Shown: positions 14,327 to 23,708 of the stretch, in pieces
Layout: each line of letters begins with the position of its first letter
How positions within the stretch are numbered: position 1 is the stretch's first letter
Origin: Planctomycetota bacterium
GTDB taxonomy: Bacteria > Planctomycetota > Phycisphaerae > Sedimentisphaerales > Anaerobacaceae
Length of the DNA: 48,907 bases
Reading direction: 5' to 3'
Assembly (NCBI GenBank): GCA_030641115.1
Contig: DAOWID010000023.1
Coordinates: forward strand, 1-48,907
Made by a program: the position numbers and the translations under genes
Notes under the pieces: generated by a model
The model's input: only the letters and a program-made list of their open reading frames with translations
The model's database searches: none
Told to the model about the DNA's origin: nothing

Positions 14327-14983
14327 TTGAAAATGAAAAAACTAACCTTACTGCTGTTGTTGCTGGCGATGGGATGTCAGCAGCCAAGCGAACAGGTTCG
14401 TAGCCAGTCTAAAGACTCACTTACATACCCAAGCGGCAAAACAGCTTGCGAAGAATTGCTGGTTGCCTTGGATTCCGACTATGGAGCAGATTGCCGTCAG
14501 CCTGCCCTCCAAAAATTCAATGAATTAGCGGCCCAAGGAAAAGTACCTAAACGCAATCCTGTTATGGCAACCTTGATAATGGTGCAATGCTACCAAGAGG
14601 CTAAGGCTAAATTGGTAGTGCCAGAACAGAGCAAATACAAGAGCGGGATAAATATCGAGTATTTCAATCAGCTATTTGGCCAGCAGCAAGATGCAGGACC
14701 GAACGAGCCGGCACCGCCCCTATATATACCAGAGATGTTCGTATCGCCCTATGAACCTCTTTACTCTGACGATTATGAATATGACTCACAGCTTGATGAA
14801 ATAGAAGAACGGCAACGAGCAATACAGAGCCAGATGTGGCAAGACCAACGGCGAAATGAAGATGTGCTACGCCAGATACAACACCAGCAACGATGGATGG
14901 AGATGCAACAGTTTCAGCAGCGCTCACTCGATGAGTTTCATCGCATGAGCGCAATTCCTGATGATGGTCCGTACTGGCCTTAG
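14327..14983 (+). CDS. Putative lipoprotein with a Gln-rich C-terminal region
   Basis: Likely ATG at 14333 (AGGAG upstream). MKKLTLLLLLLAMGCQQ has a lipobox-like signal. The C-terminus is Q/E/R-rich. Confidence 0.75.
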   Translation: MKMKKLTLLLLLLAMGCQQPSEQVRSQSKDSLTYPSGKTACEELLVALDSDYGADCRQPALQKFNELAAQGKVPKRNPVMATLIMVQCYQEAKAKLVVPEQSKYKSGINIEYFNQLFGQQQDAGPNEPAPPLYIPEMFVSPYEPLYSDDYEYDSQLDEIEERQRAIQSQMWQDQRRNEDVLRQIQHQQRWMEMQQFQQRSLDEFHRMSAIPDDGPYWP

Positions 14984-15303
14984 CCCCCGCCGTTCCTTTC
15001 CCTGATAAGCTTTTTGACCTCCTCGAACCCGGTACGCATATCCATTTTTATCTCCGTCTGCGTCGTTTCGATGTGTCGCATGCATTCCTCGATGCGGATT
15101 ATTGTTTTCTCATTCTTGTTGGCCACATCACATCCGTCAACTTTCAAATCCTTAACATCTTGCGCCGCCTCGCTTTTTAATTCCTTAACATCCTTCGGCG
15201 ACTGCTTCAGCTCCGTCCAGCCGGCAACAATGGCCGCAAAGATTCCAAGCAATGTTATAATTACACCCGCCGCTACCCATTTCGTTTTATTGTTTCGGTG
15301 CAT
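14980..15303 (-). CDS. N-terminally anchored coiled-coil membrane protein
   Basis: 107 aa. TM segment WVAAGVIITLLGIFAAIVAGW followed by a charged helical region. Last gene of the late operon; its stop overlaps the convergent lipoprotein gene. Confidence 0.6.
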   Translation of the reverse strand: MHRNNKTKWVAAGVIITLLGIFAAIVAGWTELKQSPKDVKELKSEAAQDVKDLKVDGCDVANKNEKTIIRIEECMRHIETTQTEIKMDMRTGFEEVKKLIRERNGGG

Positions 15304-15328
15304 TACATCAGTTCCTTATACATTCGTC

Positions 15329-18300
15329 TTATCCTGATTTGCGAGATTCAAGCTCTTTTCTCCACCCCTCAACCATTTCTTCCTTACCACTGTGCGGATG
15401 GCCTCTCGGATACAATTTGCCGCCCTTGCGCCGGTAAGAGGTTTTGTAAGTGTTTTTGGCAATGGCCTCTTTCAACTCATCCACCGTCATAATTTTTTCT
15501 ACCGCCGCTGTCGCTGATTTTGCCTGGTAATAAACCTCTCCTAACGGCGCTGAGTACGGCATCCCCGTCGCAACGGCAAGCAGTCCCGCTAATCCATTGG
15601 CTACCTGCCTGGCCGTCCTTTGCCATTTGGGTTTGTCCTTATCGCACCCGGACTTGAACTTCTCACCCGTTGCAAGCTGTTTTGCTAATTGTGCAGTATC
15701 GCCGACGACCCCTGTTGCGTCGAGGCTCAGGTCGGCGAAGATATTGCCGGTTCGTATGTCCTGCAGGCGGTGTGTGCGATACTGCGACCTGAATCGCTTT
15801 ATCGCCTCATAAGCCATGCCCTGTGCGATATTGCCAAATGCGGGCAGACTCACCAAATTCAGGGCTGCGTCAATTGGCAGTTGCCCTTTTAATTTCTCTA
15901 CTTCAGCCCGTGCAGCTAATTTGACCTTTTGCTGTCTCTCCTCATCATCAGAACTGATAGCGAATATCAATCCTAAAACCGCTGCCTTAACCCCCAATCT
16001 GACTAATCGTTTGACTAACGCCACTAAGGTATTGGCGTACAGCACACCACTTACCCGCTTACCGAACTCGACCGAATTTATACGTTTCTTCTTATAGTCG
16101 TCCAGCGCCCGCAGCAGTACGTTGTATTGTGCATTACGGGCCGACATGAACATCGTCGAACCTCTCAAAAATACATTTGGGCTCGAAGTAAGAATAGAGC
16201 GGTAAACCATGTCCCACTGCGGTTGGGTCTCCAGTGCTTGTTCGACGAGCTTTATGGCTCGTTCCTTAAATTCATCCGTCCCTCTTTTGAGTCCCGTTTC
16301 GGCGACTACCTTGTTCTGGGCGGCGAGATAGATGTGGTAAATAGCTTTCTGGTCGCCCCAGGTATAATGCCTGACGCCTTTTTCGGTAATAGTTGAACCC
16401 TTGAAGACTAATGTATCGAAGGCGTTTTGCGCCGCTGCCCCGCCCGTAACGAAATCAAACTGCCTGCCCGTCCACCTCATCCACAGTCGGGGTGATAAAT
16501 CCATCATCTCCTTGACTGCCCGCACAGGCACTTTCGGCAGTGCAGCTATATTCCTCAAGCCGTGAAAATGCTTCGGCTCAATGACCTCAAATGCGGCAGG
16601 GATACTTGCCGTCTGGACACCGTAACCACTCAGTCGCAGACTCAAGACCGATTTGCCGAAATTACTGAGAATCTTTGCGCCGGTTACATCAATAAACGTC
16701 CGGTCGGTGGCATGTCCCTGAACCCGCCGCAGCATGGTTATCAAGGCATCCAGCTCCCTGCCCCGCCCGAGCTTATTCATCTTGTCCTGCCACGCTTTAT
16801 CTCCGACCAGTGCCCGCAGGTCCCTCATGGCCATTGTCATACCATAATAAGTCGCATCGGATTGAAGCCCGGCGATAAATTCCTGTCGGAACGGCACAAT
16901 CCTTATCCTCTCGTTGCCGCCCGTGCGCGGCAGGTATCGGCCCTGGTTCTCTATGGAAACTGAAATGTCCGTAGCTGTACCTTCAACCGTTTTGCCCCTT
17001 GCCCTATGCACCGGCCAGTATTTTTTACTTCGTGCTATCTCGTAATTCTGATATTCCATTGATGTTTCGTTTATTGCCGGGGCCTGGTATTCAGTGTTTA
17101 TTTTGAAAGAGGCCTCTGACATCTTTTCCAGGGTCGGGTATGTGTTTTCTGCCAGTTCGATTATCTCCCGCAACTCCGAGAGCTGTGGTCGTCCGGTCAT
17201 AATGTGCGTCTTTTTCCTTATCACGTATAAACGGGAAGGGTCGCGCTCGTAAATTGTTATATTCAAACCTTTGGTTTTTAACAACCGCCGCAGGTTCCCT
17301 TCCGCCCTGATGTGCATATAAATTGATAACAGGTTGTCCAAATCTACCTTGAAAGTCTTTCCGCCGAGTGTGATGGGGACCTTTTTATCAAGCATTGTGA
17401 ACGTCTTGCCGTCCAGTCCCGTATCTGCAAACTCTTTCCTTGCCGCGAGAACAAACTCCTTCGCCTTGGCCGTTTTCTTTTCGTGGCCGTCATAAAGTCG
17501 GTCGGTTATCAATTCTACGGTAGCGGCGTTGTCTTTTCCCGTCAGCATCCCAACTAATGTTCTGGGCGTTGCCTGCGATGTGGTTAGGAGTTTACCGGCA
17601 AATCCGCCCGCCCCCTGCTTCTCTATCAGCGTTCCGGGCTCTTTAGTTCGCTGTGAAACTTCGCCCCTGGCGGTATGTACCAAGTCCCTGACCTTCTCAG
17701 CGCGAATGCGCTCTTTTATATCACCTTTGCGTGCCGCTATAGCCAGCAGGTGTTCAAGTGAAGCCTGGATATATCGCACTTGGTCGGCATCGAGTTCGCC
17801 GATATGTGTTTTGGATAATCGCATCAACTCCGTTGTCCTGGCATCCGGCATCCGCAGCACATCCGCCCCGTCCTCGGCAAGTGATTCAAGGGCATCGGCC
17901 ACAGTGCCGGAGACGTTCTTTATATAGTCCTGGCGACTCTCGAACTGCTCGCGCTTGGCCTCAGAGAGCTTTGCAATGTCGTACCTGGCTAAAACACCGA
18001 GAAGCTTGTCCCGGACATCTGACCGCAACTTACCCAGTTCCGTTGTGCCTCGCCGGTACTTGGTGCTTGTCTCTTTAACGAACTTTCTGAAATCACTTAC
18101 CGCCTGCCGGTGTTCGGCCCTATCAAGATAGGTGTCAATGGCCTCAGTCAATCTCTCGATTCGCTTATTGGTTTTGGCAGCCAGGATTCTCTTCGTGTAT
18201 CGGTACTGCTGCTCTTTGGGAACGTATTGCTTAACTATATCAAGTGCATCCTGCCGGTGCTTATCCGTAAGCTGACCGGCCATCCTAAAGGCGTCGAGCT

Positions 18301-20878
18301 TCTTCCTGCTCTCTACGAGTCCTGCCTTTCGACCTACCTTATACCCGACCTTCTCTTTTCCCTCCTGGGAAATCTCGGCCTCTGCTATCTTTTGGGGTGT
18401 GCCGAGTATCCTGCGTTCCTCTCTGGTCAGGCCGGGGCCCTTCGGATTGATTTGTACGAAATCGCCGTCAGGTTTGGTATCGGCGACGTGAAATCCCGCA
18501 ACAGTCTGCCAGAGGTATACAGGCTTTGCCGTGTTCTTCGCTATGTATCTCGCTGCCTGTATAGCATGTTTTTCTACATCGAAAACACTCTTACTCTTAA
18601 CAAACTTGGCGCCGCCATCCTTTATGCGGTAGTAACTGCCATGCTCCGGCTGTTTCTTGGCCTTCACCCACTTACCGTTTACCTGCCGAACATAAGCCTC
18701 AGTAGTAGTGCGAGCAGCATTAGTGAGTATCCGGTCGAGTTCCGGCGAGCGCGCTGCCCCAATAGATGTGGCGATTTCAGCCCCCCCTGGCTTTGCGGGT
18801 TGGGCTATACTTACTTGGTCACTACTAAAGACGATAACCTGCGGTTCTTTAATGGCATACATTCCCCCCTGTTGCCATCGCTTTACAATTATTCCATCAT
18901 ACCCTTCGGCTTGCAATCCTTCCTTTAGTAAGTCACTCATCTGCTGCGGCGAGGCTGACTTTGTTTTCGGCCAAACATATCGTTGCTCTAAATCTTTAAT
19001 TACTGCATTGGTCAAACTGTCTATAACAAAAGGGTTTTTAAGGTTGACTTCAACTTTCACAACCTTGCCCTTGTCGTATGTCTTGGCAAACTTTTTCGCA
19101 CCATATTGAGATTTGGAAAGGTATATTCCTTCTATGCCGACAACCAAATTAGGAGCAAAACCACCACCGAAATCGGGCCGCTTGGTCACGAAGCCCTCTT
19201 TTTGGATTTTGGAAAGATTCTCAGCAGATGTGCCGTGATAGTACACCTTCCCCTCTGGCTTTGCCTCTGCCGCTTTTGAGGGTGGTATGACACCTTTTTC
19301 CTTCTTCTCAGCAGCCTCAGCCAGCCTGGGCGGTACAATCGGCACTGCGGAAGGGGGACCGCCCATCGGCTCGGTTGTAACAGTTGCGCCCTCTGGCAGC
19401 CGTGAGAAGGTTGTACCGCCCGGATAGTAGCCTATTTCTTCGCCCTTGGCCGACCGGACGACTACAACGGTATCTGGCTTGGCAGCACCCTTCTTTGGCT
19501 TTTTCGGTCCAAGCAATTGGCGCCAATAGTCTTCTGAGGGAACCTTTTTCGCCAGTTCCTCTCTGGGTTTTCGCTTTCCGGGCAGTTTCGTCACCTTCCT
19601 CGCCGCCTCCCGCGTGAGCCCCTCAGCTACTATCTGTTCAGCCAGTTCAGCTTCTTTGCCCTTCATCTTGCCGTGATGGAGTTTTTTTGCGACAATGTCC
19701 ATAGCCTTGTCGATTTTAGGCTCAATATCCCTCAGTTGCCGCTCACCGATTCGCGTAGCATCCCTTAATGTCCTCTGGTAGTTGGCCTGAACCTGTGCAG
19801 GTTTCATTCCAGTTGCAATATCCTGCTGATATGCTTGTTTGGCCTGTTGCTGTCCTTGACTTATTGCTTTTTGGGCCTTGGCATATTCCGCTTTTTTCAG
19901 ATGCGACTTAAAGCTCTTGAGCCACTGGTTCTGCTTATGAATATCCCACCCCTGAAAGCCCATGCCAATACCCGTACTGACCGCAACATCGACCCAATCG
20001 CCGCCTTCCTTGTACGCCAAACCGCCAAATAAACCGCCGCCAGCAGCAACCTTTGTAGCCTTGCCGAGTGTCGATACGGATGGTATCTGACTTATGCCCT
20101 TCAGAGCTGTGTTTATCGCCGCTCCCCTGCCTGGCTTGCCGCCCGCAGCAATGTTCTGAATCTCCCATATTACCTGAGAAGGAGCACCTGGAAGGACCTT
20201 TTTGAGAAAGACCAACTGCGCAATGAAGCTGCCTATACCGGCAACCGTATCGGCGATGTAATCACCTGCGTTTTCGCTGGGTGGAATGTTGAATTTCGGG
20301 AATGGGTTTTCGTCCTCACCTATACCGTAAATCTCAGTAACCCCTTTGAGGTCCGGGTCATCTCTCGCCTGTGGCTTCTGGCCCAACTGCCACATGATTT
20401 CCTTCAACTCATCGTCATACCAATCCTCCGGGTACCGGGCCCGTCCCTTCATCCTCGCCTGTTGGACTTCGACGGCCTTAAGTAAAGCTGGACTGTCACT
20501 GGCACCCAAAATATCCGCAGGTCTGGCTACACCTTTATTCCAGAATTGCTTTAGCGTCCTCTCCACTACCTCCGCACCGGCGCCGAGCACTTCTGCCGCT
20601 CGGCCAGGTTCGGGCATAATAGGTGGTGCTTCAGGGTCCTCCGGGGCATAGCGTGTCGCAGGGTCAAGCTGTCGTGGCGGGATAACAAGCCCATCTGCGG
20701 TAGTAATCTGCGGTGGTGTGGCTTCGAGCTTGTTCTGTTGAACCTCCGGGTGTTCTCCTGCAAGCAGCGAGTCAAGAAACTCGATATTTATTCTGCTTTT
20801 CTGTGGCTTTGGTGGTTCGGCAATGGCAGTAGTAGAAACGCCCAATAATTCATCGAGATATTTTTCGTTTATCGGCAT
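15329..20878 (-). CDS. Giant (1849 aa) virion/ejection 'polyvalent' protein with an ADP-ribosyltransferase-like domain
   Basis: Single uninterrupted ORF following two internal-virion-like genes. Gly-zipper hydrophobic region around aa 205-310. YYHGT...GIYLSKS...KEPQVIVF at aa 543-690. Confidence 0.9.
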   Translation of the reverse strand: MPINEKYLDELLGVSTTAIAEPPKPQKSRINIEFLDSLLAGEHPEVQQNKLEATPPQITTADGLVIPPRQLDPATRYAPEDPEAPPIMPEPGRAAEVLGAGAEVVERTLKQFWNKGVARPADILGASDSPALLKAVEVQQARMKGRARYPEDWYDDELKEIMWQLGQKPQARDDPDLKGVTEIYGIGEDENPFPKFNIPPSENAGDYIADTVAGIGSFIAQLVFLKKVLPGAPSQVIWEIQNIAAGGKPGRGAAINTALKGISQIPSVSTLGKATKVAAGGGLFGGLAYKEGGDWVDVAVSTGIGMGFQGWDIHKQNQWLKSFKSHLKKAEYAKAQKAISQGQQQAKQAYQQDIATGMKPAQVQANYQRTLRDATRIGERQLRDIEPKIDKAMDIVAKKLHHGKMKGKEAELAEQIVAEGLTREAARKVTKLPGKRKPREELAKKVPSEDYWRQLLGPKKPKKGAAKPDTVVVVRSAKGEEIGYYPGGTTFSRLPEGATVTTEPMGGPPSAVPIVPPRLAEAAEKKEKGVIPPSKAAEAKPEGKVYYHGTSAENLSKIQKEGFVTKRPDFGGGFAPNLVVGIEGIYLSKSQYGAKKFAKTYDKGKVVKVEVNLKNPFVIDSLTNAVIKDLEQRYVWPKTKSASPQQMSDLLKEGLQAEGYDGIIVKRWQQGGMYAIKEPQVIVFSSDQVSIAQPAKPGGAEIATSIGAARSPELDRILTNAARTTTEAYVRQVNGKWVKAKKQPEHGSYYRIKDGGAKFVKSKSVFDVEKHAIQAARYIAKNTAKPVYLWQTVAGFHVADTKPDGDFVQINPKGPGLTREERRILGTPQKIAEAEISQEGKEKVGYKVGRKAGLVESRKKLDAFRMAGQLTDKHRQDALDIVKQYVPKEQQYRYTKRILAAKTNKRIERLTEAIDTYLDRAEHRQAVSDFRKFVKETSTKYRRGTTELGKLRSDVRDKLLGVLARYDIAKLSEAKREQFESRQDYIKNVSGTVADALESLAEDGADVLRMPDARTTELMRLSKTHIGELDADQVRYIQASLEHLLAIAARKGDIKERIRAEKVRDLVHTARGEVSQRTKEPGTLIEKQGAGGFAGKLLTTSQATPRTLVGMLTGKDNAATVELITDRLYDGHEKKTAKAKEFVLAARKEFADTGLDGKTFTMLDKKVPITLGGKTFKVDLDNLLSIYMHIRAEGNLRRLLKTKGLNITIYERDPSRLYVIRKKTHIMTGRPQLSELREIIELAENTYPTLEKMSEASFKINTEYQAPAINETSMEYQNYEIARSKKYWPVHRARGKTVEGTATDISVSIENQGRYLPRTGGNERIRIVPFRQEFIAGLQSDATYYGMTMAMRDLRALVGDKAWQDKMNKLGRGRELDALITMLRRVQGHATDRTFIDVTGAKILSNFGKSVLSLRLSGYGVQTASIPAAFEVIEPKHFHGLRNIAALPKVPVRAVKEMMDLSPRLWMRWTGRQFDFVTGGAAAQNAFDTLVFKGSTITEKGVRHYTWGDQKAIYHIYLAAQNKVVAETGLKRGTDEFKERAIKLVEQALETQPQWDMVYRSILTSSPNVFLRGSTMFMSARNAQYNVLLRALDDYKKKRINSVEFGKRVSGVLYANTLVALVKRLVRLGVKAAVLGLIFAISSDDEERQQKVKLAARAEVEKLKGQLPIDAALNLVSLPAFGNIAQGMAYEAIKRFRSQYRTHRLQDIRTGNIFADLSLDATGVVGDTAQLAKQLATGEKFKSGCDKDKPKWQRTARQVANGLAGLLAVATGMPYSAPLGEVYYQAKSATAAVEKIMTVDELKEAIAKNTYKTSYRRKGGKLYPRGHPHSGKEEMVEGWRKELESRKSG

Positions 20879-21783
20879 TATACCCCTGCCGTTGCGAATA
20901 ACTGTTGCAGCTCTTTCAGCGTCAGTTTCCGCATCTTTCCCGTCACCGGGTCTTTAATACCCTCCCGCCAAGCCTTCAGAATTATAGACATCCTTTCAGG
21001 GTCTCTGTTATACTCGTCCACAAAATCAATCGCGGGTAGCGCCTTTCCTAATTCTGTCAAGCTCTGCTGGTCTTGGGCGTTGGTAACACCAGCCTGCTCG
21101 AACGTCATAGGCTTGTTCTTGTTGGGTAGTGTTTCGGTAGACTCCTGGAAGAAATCGTCAACGGATAGCTGTTGTTTCTTACCTTCTGCCTTTACTTCCG
21201 TTCCCTTATCCGCAAAGGCGTTCACGCCTTCACTAAACATGCCCCGGTTGTCTACCTTCGGCCTTGCAACCGTCTTTTCGGCTTCCAGCGAGAAGGTGTC
21301 GGTTATGCTCTTGCTGATGCCAGCAAGGTCGGCCAGCATTCTGTCCTTCTCCTTTTGACCTGTTTGGGCCACCAACTCTTTAACTCCAGGTCTGTCGGTT
21401 ACGGACTGTGCGGCGGCATCGAAAAACGCGGCAGTTTCCTCTGGTATCTCATCACCGAATTTGTCGCGGGCACCCCGAATCTTACCGCTATCTACCGCCG
21501 CCTGCACCATCGGGTCCGTAGCACTACTGCCGGACCTACTGCTGCTGCCATATATAGTTCTGCCCTGCTCCATCGCAAGTCTCTGTTGCGCGCGCAGTAG
21601 GTTCTGACCCTCGCGACTATCTATAAGAGACTGCATCTCCGCCATCTTTGCTTGACGCGACTCTTCCTGGCGCTGTAGTTGTTGGACCCGCCCAGGTTGC
21701 AGGGCTGTTACCGCACCACCAACGAAATCACCAATAGGTTGGAAAATCCCAGCGCTTATATCTCTAAACAAATCCCTTGCCAT
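20878..21783 (-). CDS. Putative internal virion/ejection protein
   Basis: 301 aa, Q/A/E-rich. ATGA-coupled to the giant gene. Call is by position. Confidence 0.55.
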   Translation of the reverse strand: MARDLFRDISAGIFQPIGDFVGGAVTALQPGRVQQLQRQEESRQAKMAEMQSLIDSREGQNLLRAQQRLAMEQGRTIYGSSSRSGSSATDPMVQAAVDSGKIRGARDKFGDEIPEETAAFFDAAAQSVTDRPGVKELVAQTGQKEKDRMLADLAGISKSITDTFSLEAEKTVARPKVDNRGMFSEGVNAFADKGTEVKAEGKKQQLSVDDFFQESTETLPNKNKPMTFEQAGVTNAQDQQSLTELGKALPAIDFVDEYNRDPERMSIILKAWREGIKDPVTGKMRKLTLKELQQLFATAGV

Positions 21784-21804
21784 CGTTTTATCTCCTTTTT
21801 GCCG

Positions 21805-22719
21805 TCATGTGCTTGGTGTCGCCATTCCTTTTCCCAAGCCTTCAAAAAAGCCCGTTGTTCCTGCATATCCCAACCCCGGGCCCCAGCCACTACCACTACT
21901 ACTACTCTGGCTCCTGCTGAAATTCATACCAAGCAGCGTCAATAAGATACTGAGGTTCTCCGGGTCGGTAATCTGGTTCTCCTGTGCGAATTTCGTTATT
22001 TCCGCTTCAAGCTCTCTCTGTCCCTGCGTTTGTTCTGCTGCCCCTATCCCGAATATGGTGCCAAGCCCACCTATCTGCTGTGCCGCTATTTTGAGATTGT
22101 TCTGTATCTCCTGTGCCGGCACCTGGCCATAAGCCATAGCCTGCGGAACAGCCGCCTGTGTCCTGCCAGCCCGTGCCTCGTCGAGTGCCTGGTTGCGACC
22201 GAGAACGTCCCACTCAAGCTGTCCCCGCTCCTCAGCTAATCGGTCAGCAACGTCCATGCTCGCCTCGACCCGCTCGTGGCTCCTGCCAGACGCAAAGAAT
22301 CCAGGACCAGCATAAGCCTCATCAATAGCAGGGTTTATATCCTCCCGCAAGGTCGTCATTGCGGGGTCATAGTGCTTCGCCTTAAAGTACTCCGAAACAT
22401 CCTGGTCAGAGAGTTTCTGTGCGCCGAACTCTCCACCCATAAGCCCCTTGATTGCCGTCCCTGTTTCATCGAACAAAGGTGTGCCAGCGGACAGTGGATT
22501 AGAGAACAAGTCTGAGTAATTCCCAACCCCGGCCATAGCACCCTGCTGTAGGGTAGAAAAGGGCGTAACCCTTTCACCCTGCCATACATTCTCATTCTTA
22601 CCTAATTCGGGCTTATATAGTTTAAGTGCCTTCTTAAGCCCTCTCTTTTGGGCCTTGGTTTTGGTTTCGCTTGTTGTTGTGCTTTCCGTTTTAGACCCAC
22701 CACTATCGAAACACCCCAT
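21805..22719 (-). CDS. Putative internal virion/ejection protein
   Basis: 304 aa, Gly/Ala/Gln-rich with a Ser/Gly tail. Call is by position. Confidence 0.55.
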   Translation of the reverse strand: MGCFDSGGSKTESTTTSETKTKAQKRGLKKALKLYKPELGKNENVWQGERVTPFSTLQQGAMAGVGNYSDLFSNPLSAGTPLFDETGTAIKGLMGGEFGAQKLSDQDVSEYFKAKHYDPAMTTLREDINPAIDEAYAGPGFFASGRSHERVEASMDVADRLAEERGQLEWDVLGRNQALDEARAGRTQAAVPQAMAYGQVPAQEIQNNLKIAAQQIGGLGTIFGIGAAEQTQGQRELEAEITKFAQENQITDPENLSILLTLLGMNFSRSQSSSSGSGWGPGLGYAGTTGFFEGLGKGMATPST

Positions 22720-23183
22720 TAGACAATCTCCTTGATATAAGAAGTCTCAAATTTCTGCATCCCTATTCGCTCATAAAATCGGCAGACTTTATCATGTAAG
22801 CCAGAGGCGAGTGTGCTTGCGTTCATTATCAAATGCGAACACCCCTGCCGTTTCGCCCACCAGCGTGCGCAATCAACCAGCTTTAAGCTGCCCCTTCCCC
22901 TGAACTTTTCTAATACATACCAATAATGCTCGTTGGCTATCCTTTGGTCGCCGAGCGGACTCTTGAAATACTCAATCCCCATATAACCAACCACCACACC
23001 CTCTACCAGCAACAAAAACAGAGCGGCGTTCTCTCTTTCAATCAAAGAAGCCAAACCAGCATAATGCCTATCCGGGACGAGGGATATTCCCATCCCATCA
23101 CCGTTGCACTCAGCTTTCCACTGCAAGACTATGGGCTTTAAGTCCTCAATGTCCTCTTGGTTTATTGCGGTTCTTACTATCAC
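22719..23183 (-). CDS. GNAT-family N-acetyltransferase
   Basis: 154 aa. VVVGYMGIEY...EKFRGRGSLKL (R-x-x-G-x-G acetyl-CoA motif) ...FYERIGM. Confidence 0.8.
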   Translation of the reverse strand: MIVRTAINQEDIEDLKPIVLQWKAECNGDGMGISLVPDRHYAGLASLIERENAALFLLLVEGVVVGYMGIEYFKSPLGDQRIANEHYWYVLEKFRGRGSLKLVDCARWWAKRQGCSHLIMNASTLASGLHDKVCRFYERIGMQKFETSYIKEIV

Positions 23184-23524
23184 AGTGATAAAGTATCCTT
23201 ATAGTTTCCTGCCGCCGTCAGGGTAATCGGTAGTCGCTCCGACCTGACTTGCAGCTTCTTTTCATATCTGTCTTTTGTCCGGTTCATGCGTTTTGTAATC
23301 GCCTGTTTCAGAGCAATCGCCGTCTTTTCTGTCCGCGTCGGCAGGTAGTCTTTGACAGGGAATACCGCTCTTTTTGCCTTGTTAAATGGCACACCGAGCT
23401 GTATAAAATCACGCTTGCTCATATTGGTAACGATAATCTGACCGGTAAAGACATACGCCCTGATGTCCTTGCCGTGAAAGGCCCGCTTTACAACAGTCAG
23501 AATTTCGTATGAAACACTACTCAT
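23180..23524 (-). CDS. Hypothetical protein (tail-module position)
   Basis: 114-aa ORF, overlap-coupled. Confidence 0.55.
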   Translation of the reverse strand: MSSVSYEILTVVKRAFHGKDIRAYVFTGQIIVTNMSKRDFIQLGVPFNKAKRAVFPVKDYLPTRTEKTAIALKQAITKRMNRTKDRYEKKLQVRSERLPITLTAAGNYKDTLSL

Positions 23525-23708
23525 TCAACAAGTCCCTCTGTCGTTTCTCGTACAAATCATTGTCGGTCGTCTGCTCGAACAACGTTTTAATGTCCTGATA
23601 ATGGTTGCGGAGTATTTTCTGCAACCACGCCCGAAATTTCTCCGGGTCTTTCGGAACGTCCTGTACTGACCTGCTTATCATACCTTTATCCCATAATTGC
23701 GGGTTCAA
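23517..23708 (-). CDS. Hypothetical small protein
   Basis: 63-aa ORF, overlap-coupled. Confidence 0.5.
   Translation of the reverse strand: MNPQLWDKGMISRSVQDVPKDPEKFRAWLQKILRNHYQDIKTLFEQTTDNDLYEKRQRDLLNE

Noticed and set aside
15329-20878. Interpreting the 1849-aa ORF as a tail tape-measure protein.
   Set aside because: There are no tube, sheath or chaperone-frameshift genes nearby. It follows two internal-virion-like genes in a T7-like order and carries an enzyme-like domain, so an ejection or polyvalent protein fits better.
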